A stretch of DNA of 64,000 nucleotides from an uncultured Anaerolineaceae bacterium. Lineage in GTDB: Bacteria > Chloroflexota > Anaerolineae > Anaerolineales > UBA11579. The position numbers and the translations under genes are program-made. The first letter of the stretch is position 1. The number at the start of each line of letters is the position of its first letter. The notes under the pieces were generated by a model that was given only the letters and a program-made list of their open reading frames with translations, made no database searches and was not told the DNA's origin. The stretch lies in the NCBI GenBank assembly GCA_964371335.1, contig CAYJMC010000004.1, positions 19,179-83,178 of the forward strand. The letters are read 5' to 3'. Of the stretch, positions 62,496-64,000 are shown piece by piece.

Positions 62496-64000
62496 TAGTT
62501 AACGGTCAACACCGACTCACTGACTTCATATATTACTGTCCCCTCGTTTCGATACACTTCGTTCCATAACACCCCATCCTGCGCCTCGAACTTATCCAGA
62601 CCGGAACCAAAATAGTACGCCTGCTCCAATTGCCCAACCACGATGTAGCGCACCTGATATTTCTGCAGGAAATCCTGAACCAAGGCCAAATCAGTGGTCC
62701 CATAGAATGCCCTGACTTCGCCTTCACGCCCCCAAATATCGTTACCTGGCACAAACTCGCGCTGCTGACGCTGATGCCAGTTCCAACCCAGCACTGTGGG
62801 TAACCCCGTGTAGATTGCAAAGCGGGAGCCCCAACGGTACTCAGGAATCTGCGCTTCCAAAATCACCGGTGAACCCTCTACATTTTCCTGCATCCAGCGG
62901 ATGGCCTCGTGATCAAAATTCAAATCGATCCTTTGATCCTGATCAAAAGTGACCGCGGTATCCATGTACGCCATGCCATCCAGTGACCAGGGCGCGTTTT
63001 CAGTCATTCGATCGCGCATCTTGGCCGTCACGCCAAAAAACATGAATAGCATCCCACAGATAACAAGGAGTGCAGAGCCAAATTGCCACGCTCCGCGCCA
63101 AGACGGCGACCATTGTCGCAGCGCGTCTAGCGTCCAGCCCAGGGCGAAAGCCGCGCCCAAAGCCAGCAGCACCCAGGCTTGCATATAGAACTTGAACACC
63201 GTGTTCATTCTCGAGACATCCCCCTGTAGCACGATCACTTCGACGAACAGCGTGAGAAAAAGTCCGGTGCCGATGATGAATAACGCCAACCGCTTGCTCT
63301 CATCTTGCCCCGGGCGAATCAATAGCAGACCCACCCACACCAGCAGAGGCAACACCAGCCAGGTGATGGCCACTCCGATAAGGAACAGCCACGCCGCCAC
63401 TGCAATAAAGAGCACAACGCCCACGTAAATCAGGAACGCGGATCTTTCCAATTTGCGTACCGACGACAAAGGAGTGCTTGCCAGCCATTGGCGTGTCTCC
63501 CACAGCATCCACGCAATGATAAAGAACAGGAAAATCGTCCAGTGCACCAAATACGACGCGCTGGGCGTCTGCGTCCCATCCCACAACCGGATGCTCGCAT
63601 AGCCCTGGCGATACCAATCCATAAATGGCTTGTAAACCAGCACGCTTAATAACGCCAGCGCAGCCGGCGCCGCCAACACCCAGCCCCACACCGGGTGCAG
63701 CCTGCCATCCTCCCCTTTGGCACGTGGCCCATAGCGCCGGATCGCATACCCGGTTGCCAGCATCCCGATCACCAGGTAGGTTGGTAAATCCCATGTATTC
63801 ATCGGCCGCAAGCTGCCGAAAACGAGCGCGCCAAGCATCAAGGATGCAGCTAGCTGCCACTTATTTTTCAGCCCGTTCCACGCGCGGCTGAGCACCGCAG
63901 ACAGCGCCCAACCCAGCCCAAGCACAGTCACCGGCAGGGCGATCATGTGCGCGTGCAAGTCGGCGTAAGTAAAGGTGAATAGGGGGAACTCAGTGATCGG
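62495..64000 (-). CDS. Second DUF2298 membrane protein, 5-prime part outside window
   Basis: ITEFPLFTFTYADLHAH at the window edge, NTWDLP, RMNTVFKFY, GWNWHQRQQR. Confidence 0.88.
   Translation of the reverse strand, partial: PITEFPLFTFTYADLHAHMIALPVTVLGLGWALSAVLSRAWNGLKNKWQLAASLMLGALVFGSLRPMNTWDLPTYLVIGMLATGYAIRRYGPRAKGEDGRLHPVWGWVLAAPAALALLSVLVYKPFMDWYRQGYASIRLWDGTQTPSASYLVHWTIFLFFIIAWMLWETRQWLASTPLSSVRKLERSAFLIYVGVVLFIAVAAWLFLIGVAITWLVLPLLVWVGLLLIRPGQDESKRLALFIIGTGLFLTLFVEVIVLQGDVSRMNTVFKFYMQAWVLLALGAAFALGWTLDALRQWSPSWRGAWQFGSALLVICGMLFMFFGVTAKMRDRMTENAPWSLDGMAYMDTAVTFDQDQRIDLNFDHEAIRWMQENVEGSPVILEAQIPEYRWGSRFAIYTGLPTVLGWNWHQRQQREFVPGNDIWGREGEVRAFYGTTDLALVQDFLQKYQVRYIVVGQLEQAYYFGSGLDKFEAQDGVLWNEVYRNEGTVIYEVSESVLTVN

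Overview
64 kb of chromosomal, mostly housekeeping DNA. It is probably from an Anaerolineae (Chloroflexota) genome, inferred from tandem DUF2298/YYY membrane proteins, EEPAA-linker lipoproteins and an rpoC with a long coiled-coil insert. I saw no rRNA, tRNA, CRISPR array, transposase or prophage. Main content: (1) a minus-strand operon with a TTGACA-17-TACACT promoter and a palindromic operator, encoding an 8-oxoguanine-deaminase-like amidohydrolase, a GntR/UTRA regulator, two atypical carbamoyltransferases (one PyrB-like with an altered aspartate site, one YgeW-like), carbamate kinase and a ThrC-like PLP enzyme. This is a candidate variant ureide/purine-catabolic ATP-yielding pathway. (2) folD, gyrB, and a Liv-type ABC transporter followed by OCD/mu-crystallin and FAD amino-acid oxidoreductase genes. 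(3) cinA and an MTA/SAH-deaminase-CYTH fusion. (4) A kinase-beta-propeller / PP2C / J-domain-vWA / Zn-ribbon-FHA module whose kinase appears to need a CTG start. (5) The block rpe, asp23, DAK2, DegV, recG, coaD. (6) folC, PhnDCE-like ABC genes, rpoC without rpoB, a sensor kinase, a cmk-plsC fusion and GT-C-like membrane proteins. Intergenic gaps carry several families of miniature palindromic repeats, including five REP-doublet-like copies. One repeat is present both intergenically and in frame inside recG (43-nt exact match), and a related one may sit in frame in a second gene. Several genes look leaderless. All function calls come from motif recognition by eye, not from database searches.
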